64,000 bases of DNA from contig NC_091474.1 in assembly GCF_036971445.1 (NCBI RefSeq), forward strand, positions 41,540,001 to 41,604,000, given 5' to 3'. This DNA comes from Narcine bancroftii (Eukaryota). A model generated the notes under the pieces. It did no database searches. It worked only from the letters and a program-made list of their open reading frames with translations, and was not told where the DNA came from. The translations under genes and the position numbers were made by a program. Positions 10,496 through 29,914 of the stretch are shown piece after piece (the stretch's first letter is position 1; each line of letters starts with the position of its first letter).

Positions 10496-13400
10496 ATGGC
10501 TACGCTGAACTATGTGACTTTAAATATTAACGGAATACATAACCAAATTAAAAGGAAGAAACTGCTAAATTTACTGAAAAAAGAAAAAATTGATATAGCA
10601 TTTGTGCAAGAAACACATTTAACTGAATTGGAGCACAAGAAATTAAAGAGAGATTGGGTAGGACACGTAACAGCAGCGTCGTATAATTCAAAAGCAAGAG
10701 AAGTAGCTATATTAATTAGTAAAAATGTGCCATTTAAAATAGAAGAGGAAATAATAGATCCAGCAGGGAGATATGTAATGATAAAATGTCAGATATATTC
10801 GGAGTTTTGGAATCTACTCAATGTATATTCACCTAACGAAGAAGATCAAAAGTTTATGCAAGATATTTTTTTGAAGATAGCAGATACGCAAGGGAACATA
10901 TTAATAGGAGGGGATTTCAACCTGAATTTGGATTCAAATATGGACAAAACTGGGGAAAAAATTAACAGAAAGAACAAAGTAACCAAATTTATAATTAAAT
11001 CGATGGAAGAAATGCAACTTTTGGATATATGGAGGAAACAACACCCAAAGGAAAAGGAATATTCATATTACTCGGCTAGACATAAAACATACTCAAGAAT
11101 AGACCTATTTTTGTTATCAGCTCGTATGCAAGATAGAGTAAGAAAAACAGAATATAAAGCTAGAATATTATCGGACCATTCACCCTTAATATTGACAATA
11201 AAGTTAGAGGACACATCCCTCCAAGAATGTATAGATAGAGATTAAACTCCATGTTACTCAAAAGGCAGGATTTTAGAGAATTTATTGAAAGACAAATTAA
11301 AATGTATTTTGAAATAAATACGGAATCAGTGAAAGATAAGTTTATACTATGGGATGCAATGAAAGCATTCATTAGAGGGCAAATAATAAGTTATGTAACC
11401 AAGATGAAGAAGGACTATAATCAGGAAACAGAGCAGTTGGAAAGGGAAATAGTAAATATAGAAAAAGAATTAGCAATGAAGGAAGATACAACTAAAAGAA
11501 GAGAATTGGCAGATAAAAAAAAAATATGAAACACTACAAACATATAAAGTGGAGAAGAATATAATGAAGACAAAACAGAAATATTATGAACTAGGTGAAA
11601 AAACGCACAAAATTCTAGCATGGCAGCTTAAGACAGAACAAGCTAAGAAAATGGTATTGGCATCAAGGAAAAAAGACAAACAAATCACATATAATCCAAA
11701 GGAGATCAAGGAAAACTTTAGAGAATTCTATGAACAATTATACCAAACTGAAAACGAAGGGAAAATAGATGAATTTCTAACTAAAATTGAACTACCAAAA
11801 CTACAAATAGAGGAACAAAATAAATTAACAGAGCCATTTGGAATAGTAGAAATACAAGAGATAATAAAAAAAATTACCAAATAATAAGACACCAGGAGAG
11901 GATGGATTCCCAATAGAATTCTATAAAACATTTAAAGACTTATTAATTCCTCCCCTCCTGGAAGTAATCAACCAGATTGATAAAACACAAAGCTTACCAG
12001 ATTCATGTAAAACAGCAATAATTACAGTAATACTAAAGCAAGGGAAAGATCCACTCGCACCAGCGTCATATAGACCAATATCTTTACTTAACACAGATTA
12101 TAAGATAATAGCTAAACTATTAGCAAACAGATTAGCAGAGTATGTACTGAAAATGGTAAATCTAGACCAAACTGGATTTATTAAAAAAAGACGCACAACA
12201 GACAATATTTGTAAATTTATTAACTTAATTCATGCAGTAGAAGGGAGTAAAGCGCCAACAGTAGCAGTTGCTTTAGACGCAGAGAAGGCCTTTGACAGAG
12301 TAGAATGGAATTATTTATTCAAAGTATTACAAAAATTCAGTTTACCAGAGAAGAATATTAATTGGATTAAAGCATTATATAAGGGACCATTGGCGAAAGT
12401 GATAGTAAATGGATATGTATCAAAGCAATTTAACTTAAGCAGGTCAACACGGCAGGGATGCCCACTATCACCTTTATTGTTCGCGTTTTCTATAGAACCA
12501 CTAGCAGAATTGATAAGAACAGAAAATAATATAAAAGGGATAAAAATAAAAGACAAGGAATATAAAATCAGTTTATTTGCGAATGATGTTATAGTATACT
12601 TAACAGAACCAGAACTATCAATAAAAGAATTATATAAGAAATTGAAGGAATATGGAAAAGTGTCGGGTTACAAGATCAACGTAAACAAAAGTGAAGCAAT
12701 GCCTATGAATAATGCGGATTTCTCAAAATTTAAGAAGGAATCACCATTCAGATGGCAAATGCAAGCCATAAGATACCTAGGTGTACAAATAAATAAAAAT
12801 CTCGGCCAACTATATAAACTCAATTATTATCCACTAATGAAAAAATTACAGGACGATTTAGAGCATTGGAAAGATTTACCACTAACACTAATAGGAAGGA
12901 TAAACTGTATTAAAATGAACATTTTTCCAAGGATATTATACCTATTTCAGGCAATAGGCAGAGAAATTCTTCAAGGAGTTAAAGAAAATAATAAGGAAAT
13001 TTTTATGGAAAGGGGGGAAACCGAGGATAGCACTAGATAAATTAACAGAATGGTATAAACAAGGAGGCTTACAGCTGCCAAACTTTAAAAATTATTATAG
13101 AGCCGCACAATTAAGATACCTATCAGATTTTTATCATACAAGGGAAAAGCCAGATTGGATGAGATTAGAATTAGATAAAATAGGGGAAAAGATACCTGAA
13201 CACATATATAAATGGGATGAAAAATTGGTACAACATAGAAGTTCTCCAGTATTACATCATCTACTCAATATTTGGAAGAAGATTCATGTAGAAAGAAATA
13301 AAACAAATTATCAATTACCAAAACTAATATTGACGCAAAACAAGTTACTCCCTTTTACAATAGATAACCTTTCCTTTAGAGAATGGGAGAAAAAAGGGAT

Positions 13401-14271
13401 TAAAAGAATAGAAAATTGTTTTTCAGGAAATAGATTCTTATCCTTTGAACAAATGAAAGATAAATACAATATAACTCAAGATACAGCGCTGGCATATTAC
13501 CAATTGAGATCCTACTTGAAGGATAAATTAGGAAGCAGTTTGAGTTTACCAGAGGGAAGTAACTTTGAATATGTGATTACAGATACAATGATAATCAAAA
13601 GATTTATAACAAATATGTATATTAAACTGCAAGAAAAGGAGAATGAGGAAACAAATGGTAAAACAAAACAAAAATGGGAACAAGATTTAAATATAAAGAT
13701 AAATAAGGAAACATGGGAGAAGTTATGTTCTGGAACGATGAGAAATACAATAAATACGAGGTTACGTATGATACAATATAACTGGATACACGGACTATAC
13801 ATTACACCTCAAAAGTTAAATAAATGGGACCCAACAGTATCTGATAGATGTTTTCGATGTAAAAAAGAAATGGGAACAACAATTCATGCAATCTGGACAT
13901 GTGAGAAAGTAGAAAAATTTTGGGAAGATCTAAACCAAATATTGAATAAAATTACAGAAAACAATATACCAAAGAATCCAGAGATCTTCCTCCTAAGTAA
14001 CATAAAAACCAAAGAATTTGGAATTGATTTGGAGGATGAACAAAAAAGATTTGTTAAGATAGCTCTAGCCGTAGCAAAAAAATGTATTATGTCAACCTGG
14101 AAATCGGAAGATAATTTGAAAATACAACAATGGTATATAGAAATGAATAAATGTACTCCATTAGAAAAAATAACATATAGTTTAAGAAATAATATTGAAA
14201 TATTTGAACAAATATGGGAGCCTTACATGAAACACAATAGCGAAAACGTACCGGGGACATTCACGACCTAA
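10496..14271 (+). pseudogene. L1 ORF2p (endonuclease plus reverse transcriptase), broken into several frames
   Basis: ORFs 10496..11245, 11251..11529, 11549..11884, 12153..13040 and 13159..14271; catalytic FADD reads FAND. Confidence 0.92.
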
Positions 14272-16308
14272 ATTAACGAAAGGAGAAGGAAATGAAAAGA
14301 ATTGACTCAGTAGAATTTCTTGTTTATTTTTATTGAATGACAACATTGTTTGACTGGTTTAATGTATCCTAGATTTTGTACTTTAAATGGACGGGAGGGG
14401 GGAGGTAGGGAGGGTGGGATGGGAGGAGGGAGGGGTGGGGGGAGAAAATGGCACTGTATATATTTGAAAAGGAAAAAGTATGTATCATGGTTAATGTGGT
14501 TTATGGTGTGAAAAATAAAATTTTTTTAAAAAAAGCAGTCCTTGTACCTCTTCTTTGGTGCACCTCTGTCTCGGTGGCCAGTGGAGAGCTTGCCATATAA
14601 CACGATCTTGGGAAGGTGATGTGACCCATCCAGCGCAGTTGGGTCTTCAGCAGCATGGATTTGATGCTGTTGGCCTCTGCCAGCTCGAGTACTTCGATGT
14701 TGGTGATGGAAGTCATTCCAATGAATGTTGAGGATGGAACGGAGACAGCGCTGATGGAAGCGTTCTAGGAGCTGTAGGTGATGCCAGTAGAGGACCCATG
14801 ATTCAGAGCCAAACAGGAGCGTGGGTATGACAACGGCTCTGTACATGTTGATCTTTGTGTGTTTCTTCAGGTGATTGTTCCTCAACATGGTTATCCAACT
14901 GCACGAAAACCAACAAGGTCGGGTCAGATACAGCAATGAGCTCTCCGAACCCTTCTCCATTGACAACGGCGTGAAGCAAGGCTGCGTCCTTGCACCAACC
15001 CTCTTTACTATCTTCTTCAGCATGATGCTGAAACGCCATGAAAGACCTCAACAATGAAGACGCTGTTTACATCCGGTACCGCACGGATGGCAGTCTCTTC
15101 AATCTGAGGAGCCTGCAAGCTCACACCAAGACACAAGAGCAACTTGTCCGTGAACTACTCTTTGCAGACGATGCCGCTTTAGTTGCCCATTCAGAGCCAG
15201 CTCTCCAGCGCATGACGTCCTGTTTTGCGGAAACTGCCAAAATGTTTGGCCTGGAAGTCAGCCTGAAGAAAACTGAGGTCCTCCATCAGCCAGCTCCCCA
15301 CCATGACTACCAGCCCCCCCCACATCTCCATCGGGCACACAGAACTCAAAACAGTCAACCAGTTTACCTACCTTGGCTGCACCATTTCATCGAATGCAAG
15401 GATCGACAAAGAGATAGACAACAGACTCGCGAAGGCAAATAGCGCCTTTGGAAGACTACACAAGAGTCTGTAAAAACCCCAATGTAAAGCTGCCTAAAAT
15501 ACCCAAAAATAACTGTTGGAAGGCCATCTGAAAGCAGAGAACCCTGACCCGAGGAGTACTTACCCATCCCTCCTCGGGTAGGTGTATTCTCCACTTCCGA
15601 GCGCTCCCCCCTAGGCACCTGAAAGCAGGCGAGACTACAGCCACAGTCGACAGGAGCCGGCGTTTGCTTCGCAGCACCTCTCGCACTGTGGACCTTTCAG
15701 GTGCCAGAATAGCGCCTTCAGCGCTGCCACCTGAATGTCGCTTCGTGCACAGACCCGCAGCCGGCTCCAGAGCTGCATTCTCCCAGCTATTTCATCTGAA
15801 AGCGGTTCCTGAATGCTTGATGTGGTGAGTAAATTACCTGTTACATTTACACACTGGTTCATTCAAAGTCACAATAGTGGTCAGGGCCTTGCCTTGTATC
15901 CAGAGATCAAGCATTTGGTGGCTGGAGGGTAGGAGGCAAAGGTTTTTGAAGAGAGGAGTTTGGGAAAGGGAGAGCAAGTGATTGAGATTGAATTGTTTAT
16001 TGCCCATACTGGGATACAGTTTTAAAAAAACTTTTGTTATCCAGACAAATCAACTCATAGAGCAGGATTTTAAAAATGTGTTAAGTTGGAGAAATTTTAA
16101 CTAGCAGAAAAGCATAAGCAGAGACCCAATGGTTAAATTCTTGATGCATCACATGGAGAAATAATTTCTTCTAGAAAGAGGGACACTAATCACATTTTCT
16201 AATTTAAATGGTCATTAAAAGAACAATGGGAAACAAGGACAGCCCCCCTCCCCAAACTGCCTTTTTAATGTTAATTTGTAGATATATAATGGGTGTGCAA
16301 ACTTTTAA

Positions 16309-16447
16309 TTTTTAATTTAGACATACAGCATGTTAACAGGCCATTTCAGCCCATGATTCTAAGCCACCCAATTAACCTACAGCCCTGGTCGGTACGCACT
16401 CGTGAGCCGAAATGGTCTGTTACTGTGTTGTATGTCTAAATTAAAAA
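16309..16447. repeat. Inverted pair of SINE 3' ends forming a hairpin
   Basis: tttaatttagacatacagca...acaggccatttc versus gaaatggtctgttactgtgttgtatgtctaaattaaa. Confidence 0.7.
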
Positions 16448-16796
16448 GTTGCCCACTTCTTTGAAAGGGTAGTTAAGAATCTGCAGATGCTGGAGTTGAG
16501 GGCAATACACAAAAGTGCTGAAAAAACTGAGCAGATCATATATCATCCACAGGATATAAAAGGCAAACAGTCTTCAGGTCTGAGCCCTTTGTCAGGGATC
16601 CTGCTCTTCAAAGACAGTTAACATGAGAATAATGGTTGTTTGTGGACCTAATGGGTACAATTCTTCCAGAGAGCTAGCAAGCTGATTGACCTCTGTGCAA
16701 GATCCTACATTTTAACCATGTGCAAAAACAAAATGGCAAAGAAAATTTTCTGCCAGGTGACCAACATGGTGAATATAAACTTATCTTTTCTACCCA

Positions 16797-18099
16797 GTAG
16801 AAACAAAATGCTGAAGAAGCTTAGCAGGTAAAGATACATAACCAACATTTTGGGTTTGAAGCCTTGATCAAAGTATGAAAAAATGCACACAGGTGTCTGA
16901 ACTAAAGAGTGGGGGTGGGGGGGAAAGGGGTGGTGAAGGCAGGAGATGATAGGTGGAGAAAGGAGGGAGGGAATAGCAGCAATGAGAGGGAGGAGGGATG
17001 GCTGAGTGGAAGAACTGGAAAGACAGGAAAGGTGGGGGGGGGAGAAGAAGAAAGGGCAATCTGAAAGTCAATGTTAATTCCATCTGGCTGGAGAGTCCCC
17101 AGACAGAAAATAAAGCATTGTTCCTCCAATTTGCAGGTGGTCTGGGTGGGATAGTACACAAAGCCATGGACAGACATTGTGTGACTAGGAATTGAAATAG
17201 TTCGCTACTGGGAGGCTGCTGTTGAGAACGGAGCAGAGACGCTGAGCAAAGCGATCTCCCAATCTGCGACTGGTCTCTCCAATGTAGAGAATGCCACAAA
17301 GAGTGCGTCAGATAAGTCCTCTGGATGTACAAGTGAAGTGTTGCCTCACTTGAAAAGGCCTGTTTGGGTCTCTGATCTGTGGTGAGGGAGGAGGTGTGGA
17401 CACAAGTGTTGCACCTGCGGGCACAAGGGAAGGTGCCAGGGGTGTGATGGGTGTGCACTTCACTTGTACATCCAAAGGACTTATTTACTGCACCCTTTGT
17501 GGCACTCTCTACATTGAAGAGACCGGTCACAGATTGGAAAAATCGCTTTGCTCAGCACTTCCGCTCCATTCGCAACAACAGCAACCTCTCAGTAGCAAAC
17601 AATTTCAATTCATAGTCACATTCCCACACTCACATGTCTGTCCATGGCCTTATGTACTATCCCACCTAGACTCCCACAGATTGGAGGAACAGCACCTCAT
17701 TTTCTGTCGGGGCACCCTCCAGCCAGATGGCATGAACATAGACTTTACTGCCTTACACTAAACCTGCTCACCCTTTCTTTCCCCTCCCACTTTCCTGTCT
17801 TTCCAGTTCTTCTACCCACTCAGCCATTCCTTCTCTCCCTCATTGCTGCTGTCCCCTCTCTCCTTTCTCCACCTATCATCTCCTGATTTTGCAGTCTTCC
17901 TTTCGCACCACTCTTTTGTTTGGACACCTGCTGGCATTTTCTAATACTTTGATGAAGGGCTCAAGCCTGAAATATCGGTTATGTATCTTTACCTTTGCTA
18001 CATAAAGCACACAGTTTGACCTGCTGAGCTTCTCCAGCATTTTGTGGTTTTTTTTCAACCAGATTTTTGTTATTTACTTTTTTTTTAATTAAAAAAAAC
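16797..18099. mobile_element. Penelope-like element, head-to-head inverted pair with GIY-YIG endonuclease remnants
   Basis: GLIYCTLCGTLYIEETGHRL...LEEQHLIFCRGTLQPDGMNIDF on the plus strand, mirrored on the minus strand (16868..17530); TSD cttttctaccca (16785-16796) / cttttctgccca (18100-18111). Confidence 0.85.
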
Positions 18100-18244
18100 C
18101 TTTTCTGCCCATGTTACCTGCCTGATCAAAGGTATCTAGATCCCCATTAGTGAAATCTTGTTTAGCAGTAGGGCCTAGCACCCATTAACCCTGTCACAAA
18201 GGGAGGAGCAGAATTATTGAAAAAAAGAGGGCTGAATGGGAGAA

Positions 18245-19212
18245 GACAGAGAGGTAGTGGATGATTGCTATTCAGTCTAGAGGCCTGTGATTAGTGGTGT
18301 GCCTTAGGGATCAGTTCTGGGAGCATTGTTGTTTATGATGATCTGGATGATAATGTGTTCAATTGGGTTGGCAAGTTTAGAGGTGTTGTGGACAGCGAAA
18401 GCGGCTTTCAAAGCTTGCAGAGTGATCTGGACCAACTGGAAAAATGGGCCAGGAGAATGGCAGATGGAATTTAATGCAGACAAGACAAACCAAGGTAGGA
18501 CATGCCTAGTAAATGGTAGGGCACTGAGGAGTGCGGAGGAACAAAGGAATCTGGGACTATAGATACATAATTCCCTGAAAGTGGCATCAAAAGTGGACAG
18601 GATTGTAAAGAAAGCATTTGGCACCTTGGCCTTCATAAATCAAAATATTGAGTATAGGAGTTGGGATGTTATGGTGAGATTGTATAAGACATTGGAGAGG
18701 CCAAATGTGGAGTATTGTGTGCAGTTCTGGTTGCCTAACTACAGGAAGAATATCAGTAAGATTGAAAGAGTGCAGAGAAGATTTACTAGTATGTGGCTCG
18801 GTCTTCAGGAGTTGAGTTACAGGGAAAGATTAAACAGGTTAGGACCTTATTCCTTGGATCGTAGAAGAATGAGGGGAGATTTGATAGAGGTTTACAAAAT
18901 TATGAGGTATAAACGAGTAAACGCAAGTAGGCTCTTTATCTCTCTTAGAGAGAAAGACAAGAGGACATGGCTTTTGGGTGAAAGTTTTAGGGGGAACATT
19001 AGGGGAGAACCTTCATTCAGAGTGGTGGGAGTATGGAATGAGTTGACATATGAAGTGGTAAATGCAGGCTCAATTTTAACATTTAAGAGGATTTTGGACA
19101 GGTACATGGATAGGAGAGATCTGGAGGGTTATGGACTGGGTGCAAGTCAATGAGACTAATATTATCAGCACAGACTAGAATGACCTGTTTTCTGTGCTGA
19201 GATGTTCTATGG
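18245..19212 (+). mobile_element. CR1-clade LINE 3' fragment
   Basis: LYKTLERPNVEYCVQFW, ERVQRRFT and RRRMRGDLIEVYKI motifs. Confidence 0.9.
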
Positions 19213-19626
19213 CCAGCTTTACAACATTCCATGGCTGAGTCAACTGTTAAACTTACAGACAGCAAAAGACTAAAATTATTAATAAATTTTAAATCTATAA
19301 CTGAAAAGTAATTAATGTGCTTTAATTAAAATATGAAAATTGCATATTACTTTTGGCCCTTGTTTTTCATGCTGTTCCTGGTCACAATTTTGCATCAAGA
19401 ATCCAAAAGCTGGCAAAAGTCAAAGTTAGGTCTTCTGTATTTGTGCACAAAAATGGTGGAATTCTGAACATTTTTTTTTCCCCGGGATACAAAATAAGAT
19501 GCTTTATAAATCAAGATTCTTATGTGCTGCAAAGCATCAATCCTATTTCTTGCCACTTCCCCATTCTCCCTTCATTCAAATTCAGTCTTAGCATAGGGTA
19601 ATGTGTGGTTGTAGTATTCCACTACA

Positions 19627-19674
19627 TTTATTAGAGAAAATAAAAACAGGAATAGAGAGTTTTACTAATTTATT
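19627..19674 (-). terminator. Candidate polyadenylation signals of beta-tubulin (two AATAAA on the minus strand)
   Basis: tttatt at 19627-19632 and 19669-19674, about 0.9 kb downstream of the stop through non-repetitive AT-rich sequence. Confidence 0.45.
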
Positions 19675-20527
19675 AGCATGGCAGAAAGACAAAAGTTAGA
19701 TTTGCATGCAATACAGAGAATGACCACAGATCCAAAAAGAGCCATGTACACCTGCTGAGGCATAACAGTTCATGGAAGTGGAAGTAACCTTTCATGGGCC
19801 CATTTCTGCATCTCAGTTAACTCAACACCACCAGATCTTAACACTCACTACTGAACAATCATAGCACAACACTTCTATGTTACGTCCATTAAATAGACTC
19901 TTTATAAAAACAAACTCTGATTATTCTAAAACCTTAGTGCCCCAAATTGTTTTGAAAACAGTTTAGTATTCTTACCACAAAAAAATTAATATAAAAAAAA
20001 ACTAGAGTTTTTTTTTTAATTCTCAAATCTATTATCATAACAAATAATAGGCAAAGCTCACCCTGACTTTTCTTTCATTTGATAACATAGTTCCCACTTT
20101 TGGGAGGTTGTTTTACTGAAAGGTAAAATATGAAAGAGTGCATAAAGCTATACTTTCAGCACCAAAACTTAAGGTACATTTTGTTTTTAATACGTACATG
20201 TAATAATCAAAAATCTTTTACAAATTAAAAAATGACTCAAGATAACTTCAGCAATATTTTAGGACAGTTCATAAAGGAGGCAATACTTTTTGAAAAGTCT
20301 TGGTTTAATAATTTAGCATAATGGGGCAATCTGATTTAGAACTACAGAACATGTTAAATCACACGCACACACACAAACACACATACAATCTTTAAAAGGA
20401 GATCTCATTTTCACAGTACTTGTCAGTATCACAGCATCTTGATTAAAAGGTTGGCAAATTATGCAGAATTCAACACCGATCAAGAAATATGACTTGCTGT
20501 TGCAACTTCTTAAAGATTCTATTGCAT

Positions 20528-27599
<7,072 letters not shown>

Positions 27600-27780
27600 T
27601 GTTCTTTGTGAGAGAAGCTGTAGTCAATTCAAGTGAAAACTGAAGATTATTGTCTCTTTGTTAACACTGCAGGCAGTCAGCACGTTTACGGCCAGCTACA
27701 AAGCTCCGTTTGTTCTAAATGTGCACTCAGTAGGACTTGCTACCACCTCACACTACCCGAACGCGTTTTCCGCTCACTAC

Positions 27781-27790
27781 TTTTATGAAG
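27781..27790 (-). promoter_or_regulatory. TATA-like box (CATAAAA) upstream of beta-tubulin
   Basis: Minus-strand CTTCATAAAAG about 180 bp upstream of the ATG. Confidence 0.35.
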
Positions 27791-28009
27791 CGTCCAGACC
27801 CAGTGCACTGTGGGAGATACAGTCGCCTCCCCTAATCATGAATTGAATGAGTATGAGGGGCGTAAAGGTCTGAAACATGAATTAATGCTGCTGCCTTCTC
27901 CGATGAGAAACCATGATGTGGTGAAACACGAGTTTTGTGGAGTACTACCACAAATTTAATTAAGGAGGGCAGGACAATGAACCTTGTCTAGTCTACATGG
28001 ACTTCAGCC

Positions 28010-29020
28010 CAGACACACTGCACTAAACAGACCCTTTGGCCCAACTTGCCTTTCTGGGTAAATCCCATTTGCCTGCGTTTTGTCCATCCTCTCCTTCTGA
28101 ACCCTCCTATCCATAGAGGAGTCCAATTGTCTTTTCAGCTTTATAATTGTAGTGCTTTCTACAGCTTCCTCTAGCATCTCATTCCAGATATGGACTAACC
28201 TCTGAGTGGAGAAAAAAAAGTCCCTCAGGTTTTTTTTTAAATCTCTCCCCCTCAACTCAAACATATGGCTTCTGGTTTCAGAATCATCTACCCTCAGAAA
28301 AAGAATGCAGACATTCACTTTACCCATGCCCTCCTCGATTTTATATACTTCTAGAATGTTAATCTTCAGCTTCCTATGCTCCAGGGAATAAAGACTCAGC
28401 CTATTCAGCCTCTTCTTACTTTCAAGTTCCTCATGTCTTGGCAACATCCTGATGAATCATTCCTGCACTCTTACAAATTTTAATAACTTTCTTCCTGGGT
28501 AGTCAGAACCACACACGTGCTCACCAATGACTTGTACAATGGTATCACAACTTTTGTATTCAATAACCCACCAATGATGGGGTGTCAAGCAGTAGCCCAG
28601 CAATGATGGATGCCGAGCAGTCGCCCACCAATGATGGAGTGCCAAACAATAGCCCACCATTGAAGGGGTGCCAAATAGCCCACCGATGATGCGGTGCCAA
28701 GCAATAGCTCACCATTGATGGGGTGCCAAGCATGCCATTTCTCTTCTTCATCACCCTCTTCCTTTCAGTATCCACTTTCAGAGAATTATGCACCTGTATT
28801 CCTGGGGCTCTCTCTTTGACATCACTCTCCAGGGTTCTATCATTTACTATCAAGTCATGCTCTGGTTTGACTTACCAAAGTGGATCACGTCGCATTTGAC
28901 AAGAGTTGAATTCCATTTGCAATTTCCTTGGCTTATCCTCCCAACTAATTTAGATCCTGTTGTAAACTTAAATATCTTTCCTCACTATTCACCATACCAA
29001 CAATTTTGGTGTCATCTACA
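28010..29020 (-). mobile_element. Degraded CR1 LINE 3' part
   Basis: ORF 28004..28447 has decayed RLSLYSLEHR and TQRLVHIWNE motifs. Confidence 0.8.
28562..28731. repeat. About 29-bp tandem repeat, 6 copies (aatagcccaccaatgatggggtgccaagc) inside the CR1
   Basis: Degenerate tandem units visible directly. Confidence 0.75.
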
Positions 29021-29357
29021 AAATAAAGAGAGCATTGTTTAACGAGACATGGAATAGTGGGGTTGCACCTGAGAGTACAAATCCACAGTCAATAAAAATA
29101 AACTTTATTTTAGAATCATACAGTATGAAATAGGCCCTTCGGTGCAACTTATCCTCCCCCACTAGTTCCACCTGTCTGCATTTGTCCCATATCTCTTTGA
29201 ACCTATCCTACTCATGTATCTGTCCAAATGTTTCTTAAACATTGCAAACAATCTCCTCTGGCAGCCCATTCCAGAGACAGGTAAACCACACTCTGCGTAA
29301 ATAAAAATACCCTTCGGGTTCTCATTAAATCTTTCCCCCTCATTTTAAACCTATGTC

Positions 29358-29627
29358 AATACACAAAAGTGCTGGAGAAATTCAGTAGGTCCTGCAGTGT
29401 TTATAGATATGAGCAAATAGCAGGAAGGGAGGGAAGAAGGAGTAGAGGAGGAGCACAAGGTAACAGCTAAGAGGCCTGAGGTGGATGTGGATAAGAGGGC
29501 AGGAGAGAAAAGCTGAGAATTGAAGTTGTATATAATTGCCTCCTTTGCACACTGCGGGAACAGCTGAGTTTCTCCAGCACTTTTGTGTTATTAACTATAA
29601 TCACAGCACATGCAAACTTTCTTGTTT
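29358..29627. mobile_element. Penelope-like fold-back mini element
   Basis: cacaaaagtgctggagaaattcag ... ctgagtttctccagcacttttgtg; TSD cattttaaacctatgtc (29341-29357) / cattttaatcccatgtc (29628-29644). Confidence 0.75.
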
Positions 29628-29914
29628 CATTTTAATCCCATGTCCCCTGGTTATCAATTCCCTGCTCTGTGCAAAAAAACTTGTTGTGGTCATTTAATCT
29701 CTTTCTCTCATGAATTTTTACATCTTTATGAGATCACCCCTTTTCTTCCTGTGCTCCAAAAGACTAACCTGCTCAACCTCTCCCTATAGCTCAGGCCCTC
29801 AAGTCCTGGTAACATCCTTGTAAATCTTCCCTGCACTCTCTCCAGCTTAACAATATATTTTCAACAGCACAATGACCAAACAGAACACAGCAATTCATAC
29901 ATATTGGCTGCGCG

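Larger units (their letters stand above)
8418..14532 (+). mobile_element. Near full-length L1 (LINE-1) element, inactivated
   Basis: ORF1 (coiled coil, RRNNIKIVG, IERAHR, IFIYPD); ORF2 with APE endonuclease (NINGI, QETH, GGDFN, SDHSP), RT (QGCPLSP, FANDV) and CCHC C-terminus; G-rich 3'UTR; poly-A; TSD aagcagtc at 8410-8417 / 14533-14540. Confidence 0.96.
8092..15475 (-). mobile_element. RTE LINE with inverted 5' part (minus: 8092-8417 and 14533-14876; inverted plus: 14877-15475), split by an L1
   Basis: 10-bp TSD accccaatgt at 8082-8091 and 15476-15485; RT motifs in ORFs 14875..15057 and 15038..15442; 3' tail at 8092-8110. Confidence 0.9.
8058..15808. mobile_element. MITE-like non-autonomous DNA element (about 370 bp when empty) interrupted by an RTE and an L1
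   Basis: TIRs gagccgctttcaggtg (8058-8073) and catctgaaagcggttc (15793-15808), 14/16 complementary; internal CTTTCAGGTG/CACCTGAAAG subrepeats. Confidence 0.6.
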
